Shown here in pieces: positions 12,172-26,564 of a stretch of DNA of 64,000 nt. A program made the position numbers and the translations under genes. Within the stretch, counting starts at the first letter, position 1. Every line of letters begins with the position of its first letter. The DNA lies in the NCBI GenBank assembly GCA_964188305.1, contig OZ076890.1. One strand, given 5' to 3'. The notes under the pieces are model-generated. The model did no database searches and was not told where the DNA came from. It saw only the letters and a program-made list of their open reading frames with translations. Source of the DNA: Podarcis bocagei. Taxonomy: Eukaryota.

Positions 12172-12634
12172 ATAGACTGGTGACTGGGAGTGGCTGCCAA
12201 GACCGTATAACACTGGTCCTGAAAGACCTACATTGGCTCCCAGTACATTTCCAAGCACAATTCAAAGTGTTGGTGCTGACCTATAAAACCCTAAATGGCC
12301 TCGGCCCAGTATACCTGAAGGAGCATCACCACTTCCATCGTTCTGCCCAGACACCGAGGTCCAGCTCCGAGGACCTTCTGGTGGTTCCCTCACTGCAAAA
12401 GTGAGGTTACAGGGAACCAGGCAGAGGGCCTTCTCAGTAGTGGCATCTGCCATGTGGAACGCCCTCCAATCAGATGTCAAGGAAATAAAATACTATCTGA
12501 CTTTTAGAAGACATCTGAAGGCTGCCCTGTTTAGGGAAGTTTTTAATGTTTGATATTTTATCGTGTTTTTAATATTCTGTTGGGAGCCACCCAGAGTGGC
12601 TGGGGAGACCCGGCCAGATGGGCGGTGTATTATT

Positions 12635-12679
<45 letters not shown>
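12172..12679 (+). mobile_element. L2 LINE 3' fragment with (TAA)n tail
   Basis: DRITLVLKDLHWLPVHFQAQFKVLVLTYK; closely similar to the 10.1 kb copy. Confidence 0.9.
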
Positions 12680-13853
12680 TAGTGAATGGATCAAAATGAG
12701 TCTGCTATGCATACAGTTATTATATATTGGGGTGGGGGGCAATGACAGAGAAGGCATTAGGAACCCAGAAGTAAACTCCAATGATGTCTCAACACCAAGG
12801 TGCTTCAAAAGCTGATGTATTATTTCAGTTGCAGAATATTGTCCTTCCTCCCACACGGAAACTCTGCTTTACATTTTAATTATCTCCCTGCTCCACCTCC
12901 TATGATCGCAACATTTGTCACTCACTTCATTCTTGGAGGTCATCGCGCACAATTTTTAAATGAGAGCCCTCCCCCCAAAAAATAAACTTTTTTGTAATAA
13001 AAAATAAAAATGAAACCTCCTTGGTTTCATTCATAATCCTTGTATTGACAATTTGCTGCAAAGCTCTTAAATCAGTCACTGTCACAAATTTCTTCTTGCT
13101 ATGTTTTATTTTGGCTGAATCATCACATTCAACAGTTTGGGTCCAAGATAGCTTGGGCCCACTGCACCATGATAACAGTGACAGCTACAGAGCACCACAT
13201 CTTAAATTAGAAACATCACATTTTTATCTTCGTAATTAAGAACAGTCGGTACATGAACTCGAGAATTAAAATGATAATTGGAACAACCATCACCAAGAAC
13301 AGGATTGTGAAGTGGATAAGGAGCTATTGCAGATAAAGCCTGACAAAGTGTGTGGAAAAGAGCGGGGAAACATTCACAATAGAACAAAGGGGCAGAGGGC
13401 ATCTTAATAAATTTAGTCTAAATGCTAGATATTTCCTCTCAGGGGTTTTCTTGGGGGGGAAGGGGTAAATGGTATATATTGTCTGCAGGTATGTTGTAGA
13501 AAAGAGTGGGGAACTGCAGGGGCAGAGACCAAATAGGGCCCTCAAAGCTTATCTCTTAGGCCCTTCCCCTGGTCAGACTCCCTCTCCCCAGGCCACACTC
13601 ATCACTGGTAATCTGAGGTAAACTACTACTATATATTGAGGCTTCATGATTAATAGATCCAGATTAAAAGAGCATAGTGTGCAGATACTCATGGATAGTC
13701 CCATCCTGTGAAATGGACTGTTGTCTTTGAAGGAGGTCAGTCAAACTTGCTTCCAACATAAGAGCTGTACAGAAGTACAGTTTTTGTCTATCTGGCTTAC
13801 TTTAAACTTATTGATCAGGGGCAAGCTCACTTCTGTGCCTAATTTTCTATGGC

Positions 13854-13922
13854 AAGAAGGAAGGAAGGAAGGAAGGAAGGAAGGAAGGAAGGAAGGAAGG
13901 AAGGAAGGAAGGAAGGAAGGAA
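13854..13922. repeat. (GAAG)n microsatellite
   Basis: Direct reading. Confidence 0.95.
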
Positions 13923-14102
13923 CCGAGCAGTTAGAGTAAATGGGGCGTTAAAGGAAAGGGGGTCACATGTGGCTCCTTCTGGGATAATTTGTCCACATTT
14001 GGTCCCCACCCTACACTCAGCTCTCACCTGTGATTCCTAGAAGCTGTCAGCATGTGACAGTGGCCATACCCTGGGAATGGCCTTGACTGGCCCTCTTAAA
14101 TT

Positions 14103-14104
<2 letters not shown>

Positions 14105-14147
<43 letters not shown>

Positions 14148-14240
14148 GCCCATCTTGCTGGGTTTCCCCAGCCACTCTGGGAGGCTTACAACATATATAA
14201 AAAGACAACAAAGCATCAAACATTTTTTTAAAACCCAACA
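14105..14240 (-). mobile_element. (AC)n microsatellite plus short L2 3' end
   Basis: CCGCCCATCTTGCTGGGTTTCCCCAGCCACTCTGGG is the reverse complement of the L2 terminus at 10.5 and 12.6 kb. Confidence 0.75.
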
Positions 14241-14714
14241 TATCCTATATGAGCAACCAAAAAACAAACAAAAAAATTAATAAATAGAAACTAATAATAG
14301 CAACAACAATAATAACAACAATAATAAACAGTTTACAGTTTCTACCCAAATTAAAATAACTCCCACCCCAACTAAACTTTTAACCAGCATCAACTCAACA
14401 AAAACAAAACAGGGGAACCAAAATTAGAACCATTTAAAACATTATAAAACATTTTAGCCAGTTTTCCCAACCCAAGAGCACATGCATGAGAAATGTGGGG
14501 GATTTCTGATCTGAATAATGAATGACCTGACTTCTCGTTTTGATGATGTTGCATACTGATGGCATATGCTTTGGTGGTTCTCTGATACATACTTGGTGCA
14601 TATATCCTTTCCCCACTATAATATTTACTTCCAATGGCTAAATCAGGTGAGAGTAGCTGATGGTCTCAACCTCTCGGTGCATTATTGACTTTACCTGTAT
14701 GCAAAGACAGCCTC

Positions 14715-15325
14715 TGGCAGATTGAGTGGGTGAGACCAATATTGGGTCCAACAGTCAAGAAAGAAGTTTCTGAGGGGCAGATGGGGCTTGTCAACCTGGG
14801 AAAGTAGCCTGTCTAGAAGAAGTAAAAAACTTATCCTAAACCTCTGCTGCCTTGTAACTATACTCATTCATGAGAAAGGCTTCGGGAGTAAAGCCTGAGG
14901 AAAAATCTGGACCCACTGGCTTGTGGGAAATCTTTGGGAGAGGGAAAGGCTAAGGAGTAAACCCTACACAAATCTGGAGTGGAGTCCCTAAGGTGGTTGG
15001 ATGGTGTCTTGTATGCCTCCTTCCAATAACTCCTGCAGCCAAGATGGTGCCAGACATATTGCTCTGCTTTTCTTTGGAGCACATCAGTGAGGCCGAGAGA
15101 GGGGTCTTGCTGTGTGGGCAGCCCAGGCCCTCCATACACACCACCCAGGCTTGTACTCTGGAGAAGTCAATATGGTGCTACTAAGACAGCAGAAACAATG
15201 TGGAAGGCAGCAGTTATGAGTTACCAGCCTCTGCAGCCGCAGCAGGTAATGTGATTCTCCAGCAATTTGCCTTCACCTCCGGAGAAGCACTCCATTGTCT
15301 CTTGAAACGGATGGATGCCAACAAT
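14715..15325 (+). mobile_element. Probable RTE-clade-related non-autonomous retroelement
   Basis: GGAGTAAACCCTACACAAATCTGGAGTGGAGTCCCTAAGG resembles RTE 5' regions as recalled; family assignment uncertain. Confidence 0.45.
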
Positions 15326-15394
15326 AGCCAGAGCAAATAACTGGAAGAGAAGTGTGAGCAGAATCAGTCCCATGCCTCTTTTGTTGTTTTATTT

Positions 15395-15395
<1 letters not shown>

Positions 15396-15448
<53 letters not shown>

Positions 15449-16005
15449 TCTTTATTGTCATTGCCCCCATCGGGGACAACGAAATTACTTGACTGCTCCA
15501 TAAAAACACTAATTAAACAATACAGTATAATACAGCAAGGGAGATTAGATGACTTTCAAAGTCCGGGCTTCCCATTCAGGGCCGAGATCGCTCTGGAGAA
15601 GAAGCTGTTCTTAAGACGGCTCGTTCTTGTCTTCATCAACCTGTATCTCCGTCCCGACGGCAAGAGCTCGAGGAGACAGTGACCAGGATGCGATGGATCT
15701 TTTACTATGTCCAGTGCCTTCCTATGGCACCTTGTGGCATAAATCTGCTCTAAGGTGGAGAGTGGGCAGCCAACAATGCTCTCTGCTGCCTTAACAACCC
15801 TGCACAACCCCATCCTGTCCTGGGTAGTACAGCTTCCGTACCACACACATAAGCCATAAGTGAGCACGCTCTCAATGGCACAGTGATAGAAGGCAAGCAG
15901 CAGTTTCTGCGGAAGATGGTTTTTCCTTAGTATTCTCAAAAAGTACAGTCTCTGCTGCGCCTTCTTCACAAGCCCCCTTGTGTTGACACTCCTTGTGTTG
16001 ACACT
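15396..16005 (-). mobile_element. Rex1/Babar-clade LINE, 5'-truncated, (TTA)n tail
   Basis: Open frame KKAQQRLYFLRILRK...AIESVLTYGLCVWYG...DPSHPGH...RTSRLKNSFF. Confidence 0.9.
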
Positions 16006-17293
16006 TTAGAGGCTGAAGGCAGGGATTGTACAGCACACACACCAAAAGGGAAAGGCTGATTTGGGGGATATCCAGATGTATGTTTCACCATGCCAATTAG
16101 AGCAATCTCAGGCTTGTTCTCACTTCCATGCTGACAAAGTCTACATGAATACTGCATGTTCCAACCATAGACCTTGCTTCTTCCAGTGCAAGCTTTAGAC
16201 TCTCCCCTTCTGGCTATTTTTTTTAGTCCTTCAAAGCAAAGGCAGATTGGGCCCACATCTTGTTTTGATGTCTGCATCATTAAATCAGAGCTCCATCTTA
16301 ATGGTGTGTCTTCAGTCCTGAAGTTCCAAAGGCAGAATTTGAGAAGGGAAAGAAATGTAGGCAATGCATAACCACTGTCTTGAAATACAGTACAATCAAT
16401 AAGCACCTCCCAGACTCCAAGGTAATGAAATCAACATTAATCAAGAATCAATTAGCTTGGCTTTTATTGACATACCTAATTGCTCCTGCTCAAGTACGAA
16501 AGAACTTACAACACAATGTGTCAGCACCTACTTGAACAGCACTCATTTTGTGCTGTTTTCTCAGATAGCTGGACTAAAAAGAGGACTGGGCTCCTGCAGT
16601 GAATTTCCCTCCCCCCTCCCTTTTGCATCACTATTAAAGGTTCAGAAATCCCATCACCTGGCCACTCAATCCCACCTACCCCAATTGAACAGAAGATCAT
16701 GATAACGTTTAAGATGAGTTACAAAACAGTCATCTGGATGGATTTAATTTTTCGACATCTGTTCCTAGTTAGAAAAAAAATAATTACAGTAAAAGAAGAG
16801 AAATGCACGAGACAATTTTAAGGTACAAGTTGCAAAAAAATCCCATACCATTTTCATGTAAACCCCAAGCCTCCATAGCTGTCATAGGGACTCCAGGGAT
16901 GATTTAATCCAATTTGCTCTGCAATTGCCACCACTGAACACACAAAGCTTTTTAAACTGTCACCTATTCCAGCAGAAAGTCCCATGGGGAAGGCTGTAGT
17001 TTACTGCTGGAGAACATGCTCTGCATGTCTAAAACCCTAGACCAGTTTCACCAGTGTTTCCATTAAAAACAAATGGTCCTGCGGCAGATTTAAGTGACAT
17101 ATCAACCATATTAGATCATTTCATATAAAATGGCATGCCTAATATAATGTGAGACTTAAAACCAATAAATAAATATAAATCTCATGTTAATACAGGAATG
17201 TAAGGGAATTACAGATTTCAAAAATGTGAAATTCGCCTCGACCAAATGCACATAGATTTGGTTGTCCATAGTTAAAGGATCTCATTGGAGAAT

Positions 17294-17476
17294 GAGGCCA
17301 TAGCTCAGTGGTAGAGCATGCATTTTGCATGTAAAAGGTCCAATTTCTGCTTTCTTTAGGTTGTGCTGTGGAAAACTCCAGCATAAAAGCATGGGAACTG
17401 TTACTGGACCCTGCAGACAATATTGTACTAGATAGATGAATATTCTGACTCAGCATAAAGCATCTTATAATGTTCA
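17294..17476 (+). mobile_element. Old tRNA-derived squamate SINE (Squam2-like)
   Basis: A-box TAGCTCAGTGGTAGAGC head; degraded body ending CTGACTCAGCATAAAGCATCTT; relatives at about 32.85-32.99 kb and 40.92-41.66 kb. Confidence 0.65.
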
Positions 17477-20254
17477 TATATAATTTTCATAGGAAAGACT
17501 TTGGCATAAGCCAGGGATGGGGACCTTGGGGAGGAAGTTCCTAAGTCTACTCATATTACTCTTGCACAACCTTTATGACTGAAGGTTCACTTGGAAGTAG
17601 GTTCTGCTATTATCTACATAGCTTTTCTCTAGTAAGTGTGCAAAGTCTGCTATTCGGACTCTAAAATCACCACAAAGCAAATGTGGTTCAGGGTTTCCCA
17701 GATGGCACAAATGTTCTACCTATGAAAACTTCTGTTTCTGACAAACAATTTGAAGCAACATGACTCATCATTGGTTGTCAGGTCTATAAAAATCCCAGAC
17801 TTGTTTTGGATCCAGCCATGATTTCTTCACTTTTCCATTCTCTTCCCCTTCCCCTCCCATCCCATTATCTTTATCTTTTGTGATACACAGAGCTCTTTAT
17901 GAAGTACTTGGCTCACACAATTAATCTTTTGGCACTTCAAACAACAACAGCCCAAGTGTTCTAACAAGTCTGTAGGTTTTTATTTTATTTTTGCATGGTA
18001 TCAGTTTCCACTTGTAAAGAGGGTGACTAACTGACAGAAGAAGCACAAGAGAAAATGTTCCAAAACTAACCATTTCAAAGAAGCACAAGCAACTCTTTTT
18101 GGTGGAAATTTCCTTTCTGGCAACAGCTGGATACCCTCGGGGGAAGAAGGAGATGTGTCTCCTGATCAACCTTCAACAGTAACAGGATGTTGCTGAGTCT
18201 GGTTTTACCATTGTGGCCTAAAAAAATCCAAAAGGAAACTCACATCATCCTTCTCTTTTCCACAAGGAGGATGTGGTGAAGTTCTGGGCAATAGGTGTTT
18301 CCAAAGGCTGACTGTGTCTGAATGGAATTGTATTCCAATAACAATTGGAGGGCAATATCCTGGCTATCCTAGTCCCAGGCGCTGGATATGATTAGTTCAA
18401 AATTACTTCTTTTGCTGCAAAAAAAAGCCATCAACTCTTTTCAGGAGCAAGGAACAATGAAGCAGTTGGGAACAATGATTAGAACACACTTGAAGGAAAA
18501 TCACAAGTCCAATATAGAGCTCACTTTAGAGCATATTTTGTTGGGATGGCAATGGTAACAAATGAGCAATTTCCCCTTGTCATTATAAGTGCTGTTCAGC
18601 AAATTGTTTTTGGAGATGCAGGGCCCTCAGGGTTGGCAGGCTGGGCCCATCAAATGTCGGAAACATTCATGAGGCCACTCCTAAAAAAAATCCTCCTTAG
18701 ATACAGATGATTTTCTCAACTATTGGCCAGTTACAATAAACCTACCTTTTATAAGCTAGGTGTTTTGAGTGGGTTCAGTTCTGGGAAACAGGAAGAAAGT
18801 GTATCCAGTTCAGAGTCATTTTTCTACAAATATTTGAGTCCCATGTCAAATGAAGAACTGGGAGCCATCAAAAGCATCTTGATCATGTTTGCAAACAGTG
18901 CTAAGAGACAATCTGAATAACGGATTAATTAAAATGTACTGGAGGAGCAGACATACAGGGAATTCTAAGAGTACTAAATGTGAAAAATACGAAAATCACT
19001 CTCTCTTTTTTCATTAATCACACACACAAAAATCAGTAGTTCTGTACATCAATTTGAGGCAGCAATAATTCTAATAATTATACAAAACTTTTGGATTGAA
19101 TTATTTCTTATCTGAATGGAAAGTGTGGTGAAAAGTTGTTCGTTTGCTTTAAGAAATAGTTTAGGTAGTCTGTGAAAAATGGTGGGGAGGATATGCAGAA
19201 TCTTGCAAAACATGAGCTTATTACTTCACAAGCAATTGCTAAAGAGCATAAAATTGCATATACCATTATCATCAATAACAGCACGGAATAGAATAGCAGT
19301 CTTCAGAATGCAATGCATTTTGAGAATGTTCATTAAATTTCAATTGGATACCTGCTTTAAATGCATAAAACACAGACACAAAAAGAACCAACATCTCATA
19401 TTGACTAGAAAAGAACATCAGAATCTACCTGGATCCCTATAGTCTAGGCATAGAGGACCTTTTGCCCTCCAGATTGTCTATGCTTTCTGGGACTGATTGG
19501 AGCTGTCCTTGATCAAAATCTGGAGAGAAAAAGCTTCCCAACACTTGATCTAGTCCAACATCCTCTTTAGATGGTGACCAACCTATTGGAAGTTCACAAG
19601 GGCACTTTCCCCTAGCAACTGGTACATAGAGGCATATTGCCTAGCATATGGCATAGTCTACAACCGAGTTATTAAAAAGAATGCAATCCAACCATTATAC
19701 TACCATAGTCTGAAACTATATCTGGGCAATTGCCCCACATAATTTGAGAGTGCCAGTTTGCATGCTTGTGATGTGCTGCGCTTATTGTTGTTGTTGAGAT
19801 AACTTACCTGTCCATCAACACAAGGACCTGGTGTGGGTTACAACAATATAAATATATATTTGAATGTACCCTACATTTCCTTGCACCTTCTTGTTTCAGG
19901 GATGTGTAACAATCTCAAGCAATATTTGGTCCGGCTTGTTTGAAATCCTCTTTAAAGAGCCTCTCATAAGTTTCTGAGAAACTCCAGAGTTCTTTGGTAT
20001 ACTGTGCAAGTTACAGCTGTGCCAAAAAATTGCCCTGTTCTCTATGAATTAATGAGAAAAGAAATTGCATTTGAAAAGTAACAAAAGTGAGATAAAATTT
20101 CAGTGGAATTATCCTGGGTGGGGTTCAGGATATTTTTGTCCTTGCCTTGCTTTCAAAATGACTGAAAAGTGTCCTTTCCTTCATTCTAGAAAGCATCTCA
20201 CCAGTTGACCACACTTTGATCAAAGTCTGGGGGAATACATTATGAAGTAAAGTG

Positions 20255-20451
20255 AAAGGTAAGTGACCCCTAGACAGTTAAGTCCACAGACAGCTTTCTG
20301 GGTCATGTGGCCAGCATGACTAAACCGCTTCTGGAGTAAAGGAACATCGTGACGGGAGCCAGAGCACACGGAAATGCCATTTACCTTCCTGCCACAGTGG
20401 TACCTATTTATCTACTTGCACTGGTATGCTTTCAAAGGGCTAGGTTGGCAG
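20255..20451 (-). mobile_element. Sauria SINE fragment
   Basis: GGTCATGTGGCCAGCATGACTAAACCGCTTCTGG and GTACCTATTTATCTACTTGCAC. Confidence 0.85.
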
Positions 20452-23400
20452 AAATTGCGAGGTAACTCCATGAGGCATTTTTTTTCAGATTGGGAAATGT
20501 GGGTAGCCAAGGAGGCTGCAGAGTGCTGAGGAAATGTTTGCTAGGAAGGAAAACACACAAGCTATCCTTAGCCAGTTTGCATCAGTGAGGTCAACTCAAA
20601 TCACCAAAGTGTCAGAAGTCCTAAAGACAAGTTCAGGTGTCCCAAAAATGAGGCAGGAAAATGCAAACCTCCTTTGTTAAGAGGGGTGGGGAAAGCTTTT
20701 GAGAAAATGAAGGACACGTTTTGGCACGGCACTAACTAAAGCCATTCAGTTAGGCAACCAAATGAAACTTTAATCTGTCAGCTCCCATCCTGCCTGCTGA
20801 TATGAGGCCCTTAAATCTAAAAAGCTCCAAGTCCCATGGCTAAGAATCCTATGCAAAGATCAACAAGCTTGAGGTCCAGCGATATGACTTTATTCATTCA
20901 CCAGCAGCATCAAAATGAAGCTAAACCAGAGGCTGCTTTAGCTATAGGCAAAGTAGACAGCTGCTAAGGAAAGGAGATTTGGAGGAAAGCTTATTTCTCA
21001 GTGCTTAAAATATCTCAGCCACAAAAAGTGTGTGTATGGGGAAATCAGCTAGCCTTGCCAAGAATGCAATTAGTCTTGTTAGTAACCCACATCCTCTGCC
21101 AACCCAGACAACAATAGGTGGGCAGATCTTCCAGTTGGCCCAGCATGTTTTTTCACAGTGGGAGGCGGGAGGAAGGACAGAATGAGGAAGAGGGGAGAGT
21201 GAGAGTAAAAGAAAGGGAGCCACAAAACAAGTTCTTTAGATGTGTACACTTGGGCTAAACAACTTACATCTCTAGAACAAGTTATGAAAAATCTGTTTGA
21301 ATTATAATCCTCATACTCAGCACACACATATAACATGGAGGAGGGAGAGGAGGGGTTTGTCATTATAATGCTCCTTTGGGATCTCAACTTTCTTTCTTTC
21401 TCTTTTCTTGTGAAAATAATGCTTACAGTCCTTTTTTTCCAGGTAAAAGTGGGAAGGTGTGGCAACGGCTGGTGAAATCTCAGAAACCAGAGAGGTTCCT
21501 GGGTAGGGTATTTAGTCATAAGATGGCAGGACTACAATGTCCTTTGTTCTTCCGCCTAACTAGCAAAAGGGCTATAAGCCACACAAACAGAAGAAAAAAA
21601 TATGAATTATTGTGAAAAAGAAAGAAATTTATATGTTGCTCAATTACGATTATATTCAACAAATATAAAATCAGTTTAAAATCATAAAATGAGAAATGGC
21701 TTAAAACTGCTGAAATAAATAAATTAAAGTGACAGGCACTCAACAGGCTCTGATCTCACCTGGGAGGGAATTCAGGACACAGAAGTCAGCTTTTCTGACT
21801 GCAGAATTTAATTTCTTTCTTTCTTCTGTTTCTTTCTTTCTTTTGTGCCAGTTACAAACAGCTCTGCTGATTTCTCTTATGCCACAACAGCTTCGGTATT
21901 TCGTATCACATGCAACTTCCTGCCTTAAGACTGAAATTAGATCTCTACTTACTTAGGAGTAAGTCCCATTTAACACTTTGGAACTTATTTCTGGGTACAA
22001 TATGTCAGGGCTTGGGAAGCATAAACACTTGACTTCCACATGGGCTGAAATGTGCATTATAAGGAGGACAAGTCAAGCTAGTTTTGGGGACCTGAAGGAA
22101 CATAACAGACATTTGCAACAATGGTCAAATGTATGAATAGGACAGTAAGCTCCTGTTGAGTTTGTCTTTCCTGCCCTTTCATGAGGTATTTATATAGAAA
22201 TCCAAAAATATCTGGTGACTGGAGGCTAGCTGTCACAAACTCTTTTGCCAGATTTCACAGGATAGCACGCTTGCCAAATATAAGCCATCTGCATTCATAA
22301 CCTACGGGAAGAAGTCTTGGCATCCTGTTAAATGAATTTTACAAGCTAAAGAAATGAGTTATATAAGAGGCAACTTTTACATTGTAATTAATGATTGCAG
22401 AGTTTGCTGTAACAGAGAGCTTAGGAATTTAACTAGAAACCACAGACAAGACTCACTAAATTGATAGATGGGTTCTGTTTATGAATGAATTTGTGATATA
22501 CTGAATACTATAATGTATACTTTATCAAGCAAATGTCTGGCACATGACCACTTTTAAAGAAAAAGCTATGAGCCCAGAAGCTATAGCTGAGCTGATTCCA
22601 ATATGTGGCCTGGCTGAAGAGATTGGTTGATGCTCTGTGCATGTTCTACCTGAACAGCTGAAAATAATACAAATACATCTCTACAATTCTATGAGTATAC
22701 AGATGAAAGTGTATTATTATTTGATAAGTACAGTTGATTCCATATATAACATTGGTGCCTTCCTCAAAGAGCTTTCTACAATCCAAAATCTAGAAATAAT
22801 GCACACATTGAAGATAAGTTATAATGATTTATGCACCCCAGCAATTTCCCATGTGATGCATTATTTAAGCAATTATATAGCTTCCATTCATGTCCTTGGC
22901 TTCATTTAACCACAGCCCAAGATCTGACTTGTTATATCAGAAAAAAGTGAAAAAGACTCGTCCAATCCAAATATTCTGAATCTTTACTCCCCTCCCTCCA
23001 CCATCAATTTTATCCCAAGGAAACCAAATATATCTGCTTAACATATTATGAAAATCTGAATATTTTGTATGAAGTTTCTACTTTGCATTTTGAATTACAT
23101 GTGAACTTCTCCACTCCCAACGTAACTTGTGGACACTAGGGTACCATAGTAAGAAACCTATTTGGAAAATGTGAAAACTGGTGCATAACTGTAAGTCCCA
23201 ATCAGCACATTCATACAGGATGTGTGGATCAGACCAGTTCACAAAAGATGAATATCTCAAGCATTCCTAGTTACTCCCCTGTTCTCATATTATATGCATG
23301 CCCCCATTCCCCTATGCCTCTATTGCACACTGCTGAAGGATCTTTCTGCCTAATTTATGTTGTATTCAATAGCCTGGCAGGCTGGACCTAATTCATTAAA

Positions 23401-24091
23401 GTTATTCTTGACAGGAACTGAAACCAGTAGAACATCCCTAGTAACTCACGCTAACAACATTAAGAAAGCAGGGATAGTGATCTACTAGGGATGTGTATCA
23501 GAGAATCAGCACAATCTAGGAATAAATAGGGACAGCTGGTATTCACGACTGTATGAGCTGGCTCTCAGTAGAAATGTTTTGTGGGTGAACAGGCATTTAC
23601 AAGCTGTGCAGCAAACTAGTTTGGATCATTCTTAAAGTAGTTGGTCCAACATATCTCACTATAATCAGATTGGTTGAATTTCACAGTGTTAGTCTGTACC
23701 TAATTTAATTATGCGGTCCTACCAAGATTGTTCATTCGCTGCTCTGTTGCATTGACTTCCAGGATTAAGGAAAAAACCCTTACATAATAGCTCCAGGCCA
23801 AGCACACTTGCCTTAATTTTTTTTACTGAAGCGTGAAATTGTTCCAGGTCACACCATCAGCTTGCTCAATCTCTCTCTTCCTGAATGTGTTAACTTAACG
23901 TTCATGTTGCTCTTTTCCCTCTGTCATATTCAACAAGAGCCAAAATATACGTTATGTGTAGTTCCTTGACTCTCTTTCTCTCTCTCTCTTTTAATAATGC
24001 AGAAATAGTATCAGGAATCTGGAAGAAGGAGATGCTGCATGGATCAAATGGAAAGCAACCTTTTCCCTTCGTGCTATTGACTATTTAATAT

Positions 24092-24774
24092 TGTGATTCG
24101 AGGACCCGATCCCCGCTTGGGGAATAAAGACAAGTGGACACAGAATATAAGGTTAATGGGCAAGAAAAGGCCACAACTTTATTGATTACAGCAAGTGAGA
24201 AGGTATTGGCTTAGGCATTGAACCACAACAGGTTGACTCCACCCACTCGGAGAGGGGTGAGCCCAAAGGGGGTTTATTCACCAGAAGGTGGAGCCTGTTG
24301 ATGCTAATACAACTATAAGTTCTCCCCCTGATGTTACCGAGGGTCGTGCCATGGCCCCCCGCCACACAGGCATCGGACAGGATCCACGACTGCCAGATTC
24401 CTTTAATGGAATACCCAAATTTGAAGGGGTAGGCGATGGTCACACCTTGCCCTTCCACACACCAACAACAAGGTGAGCAAATGGACTGAATGGCTGGAGC
24501 GGGTGCATCTCGAGCAGCAAACCACGCCCCCACCAAGCCGCCCGATTGGGTGCTCAACCGAGGGCGTGGCGCACCAGCCATATGGATGGGGCAGGGGACA
24601 TAACGCCCCCTGCGTGACGCGGGAATCGTCTCCCGCCCACAACACCTCCTCTCTGGAAGGAGAGGCTTTACCAAACTGCTATAAGATAAAGCTACTCATG
24701 TGGAAAAGCAGTTGGGTTACAGGCAACCTGAGCAGGAAAACCAAGCTGATCGACAGAACTGCATCGCGGTTGCA
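24092..24774 (-). mobile_element. LTR-like repeat (family shared with 33.2-34.2 kb and 57.3 kb copies)
   Basis: TG...CA ends flanked by AT on each side; exact 24-mer AGGCCACAACTTTATTGATTACAG (24168-24191) containing the minus-strand AATAAA. Confidence 0.7.
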
Positions 24775-25992
24775 ATGACTCCCCCTACATAAACACAAGC
24801 TGCATTCAAACATGGGTTTTATTGTGTTAGTTTTACTGATTACAATGCTAGCATTTCTGTCCTCATTTGTAATGTAGCTTTTACACTGCAGTACCTGTTG
24901 TGCTACTGAGCTGCGGTTATTTTTATTGATATACTGCCATGTTCTGCTACATTTTTAACAGTGTGAAAGACATTTTAACCAAGATACACCCTCCTTCTAC
25001 CCTATTTCATGAGCGGCGGTAACATGATCCTGAAAAAGGTGAGGAAATTACAGTACAAAACTCCCATGATTTTCTGAGTTAATGGGGTTGCAAACAGATT
25101 TCCCCCCCGCTAGAAACAAAAAAGGAGGGGTAAAATCTGCTAGGCTCCATTTGTTTTCCAGAAGTGGCTTTTATGGTGTATGAAAGATCACATAAAACAC
25201 AAAAATTAACAGGTGAGCAAGTGCTAGGAAAAGTGAATAAAGTGCTATCTGAATGCAGCCACACTTGAATCTAGTGATGGGTGAATATGTCAATTTCTGG
25301 TTCTCTCAATTGCTCATTCCACCCCCACCCCCAAAATTAATTTCAGTTTTCCAAATTATTATATCAGTTTGTTATTTTTTATTTAAAAAAAGTTCTCATG
25401 AACATTTTTCAATATTTTTACATGAATGTCTCCTGCTTACAGACTTTTGAATATGCAATTTAGCTTAACAAACACATTTTTGCAAAGACTTCCCCCTCCC
25501 CAGCATTTTGTATTCCATTTTTGCTATTATATGTGTAGTTGTATGCACACTTTACCCTATTATGTACATTTTTGGTACACAATACTTGGTTGGAGAACGG
25601 CATTGCAAAATTCGGAGCACAGCTGTGTTTTGGTACTCACATAGTTTCGGAAAGTGCACCTTTACATGTGAAGTGAATCAAATTTATCCCCCCCCCCCCC
25701 AATGCAATGTGTGGGTAGAGGTGTGGATGAGACCCATTGCAATAGTGAGAGCTCTTGTGTTGGCTCCTGCTAGTATGCTGGGTTAGTTGAATCCAGCCCT
25801 TATTTTGTGGCTCCATTAGACTTCACAAGTAACACCATTATTATATTTTAAGTAAACTAACAGACATACATTCTAAATGCCATTGCTGTTTGTTTTTTAA
25901 ACAAAATGAAGGAAGCCATTTAAAAAATGAACATTCAGTTTTGCTGATGCAGCTCTTGCATTTGATTTACAACAACGCACATACGCACACAA

Positions 25993-26130
25993 CTTTCAGA
26001 AGACATCTAAAGGCAGCCCTGTATTGGGAGGTTTTTAATGTTTGACATTTTTTATGTTATATATGTGCAGGAAACTGCCAGGAATGACTGGGGAAACCCA
26101 GACAGATGGGTGGGGTATACATAATAAAAT
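25993..26130 (+). mobile_element. L2 3' end fragment
   Basis: CTTTCAGAAGACATCTAAAGGCAGCCCTG...GGGGAAACCCAGACAGATGGG. Confidence 0.75.
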
Positions 26131-26144
26131 TACCATCATCATAG

Positions 26145-26564
26145 TTCATGGATCTTACATTCCCGGTTCCTATGCAATATTTTTCTTTACAGCATTGGAC
26201 TTTCCTTTCACTTCCAGGCACATCTGCAACTGAGAGACCTTTCGGCTTTGGCCCAGCTGTTTCATCAGCTCTGAATCTACTTGTACTTGTCCTCCGCTCT
26301 TCCTCAGTAGTATGTTGGGCGCCTTGTGACCCGAGGGGCTCATCTTCCAGCATCATAACTTTTATATGCCTGTTGTCTTTGTCCATGGAGTTTTCTTGGT
26401 AGGGATACTGGAGTGGGTTGCCGGTTCCTGCTCCAGGTGGATCATGTTTAGTCAAAACTCTCCACTATGACCTGTCTGTCTTGGGTGGCCCTGCACGGTA
26501 TGGCTCATAGCATCTCTGGGTTATTCAAGCCCCTTCACCATGACAAGGCAGTGATCCATGAAGG
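26145..26564 (-). mobile_element. Bov-B (RTE) LINE 5' region, inverted
   Basis: Minus strand: GTGNPLQYPYQENSM...CCKEKYCIGTGNVRSMN, the Bov-B 5' leader up to the endonuclease start GTWNVRSM. Confidence 0.85.

Noticed and set aside
17294-17345. tRNA-like sequence with an A-box
   Set aside because: No intact T-arm or acceptor stem; continues into a SINE body
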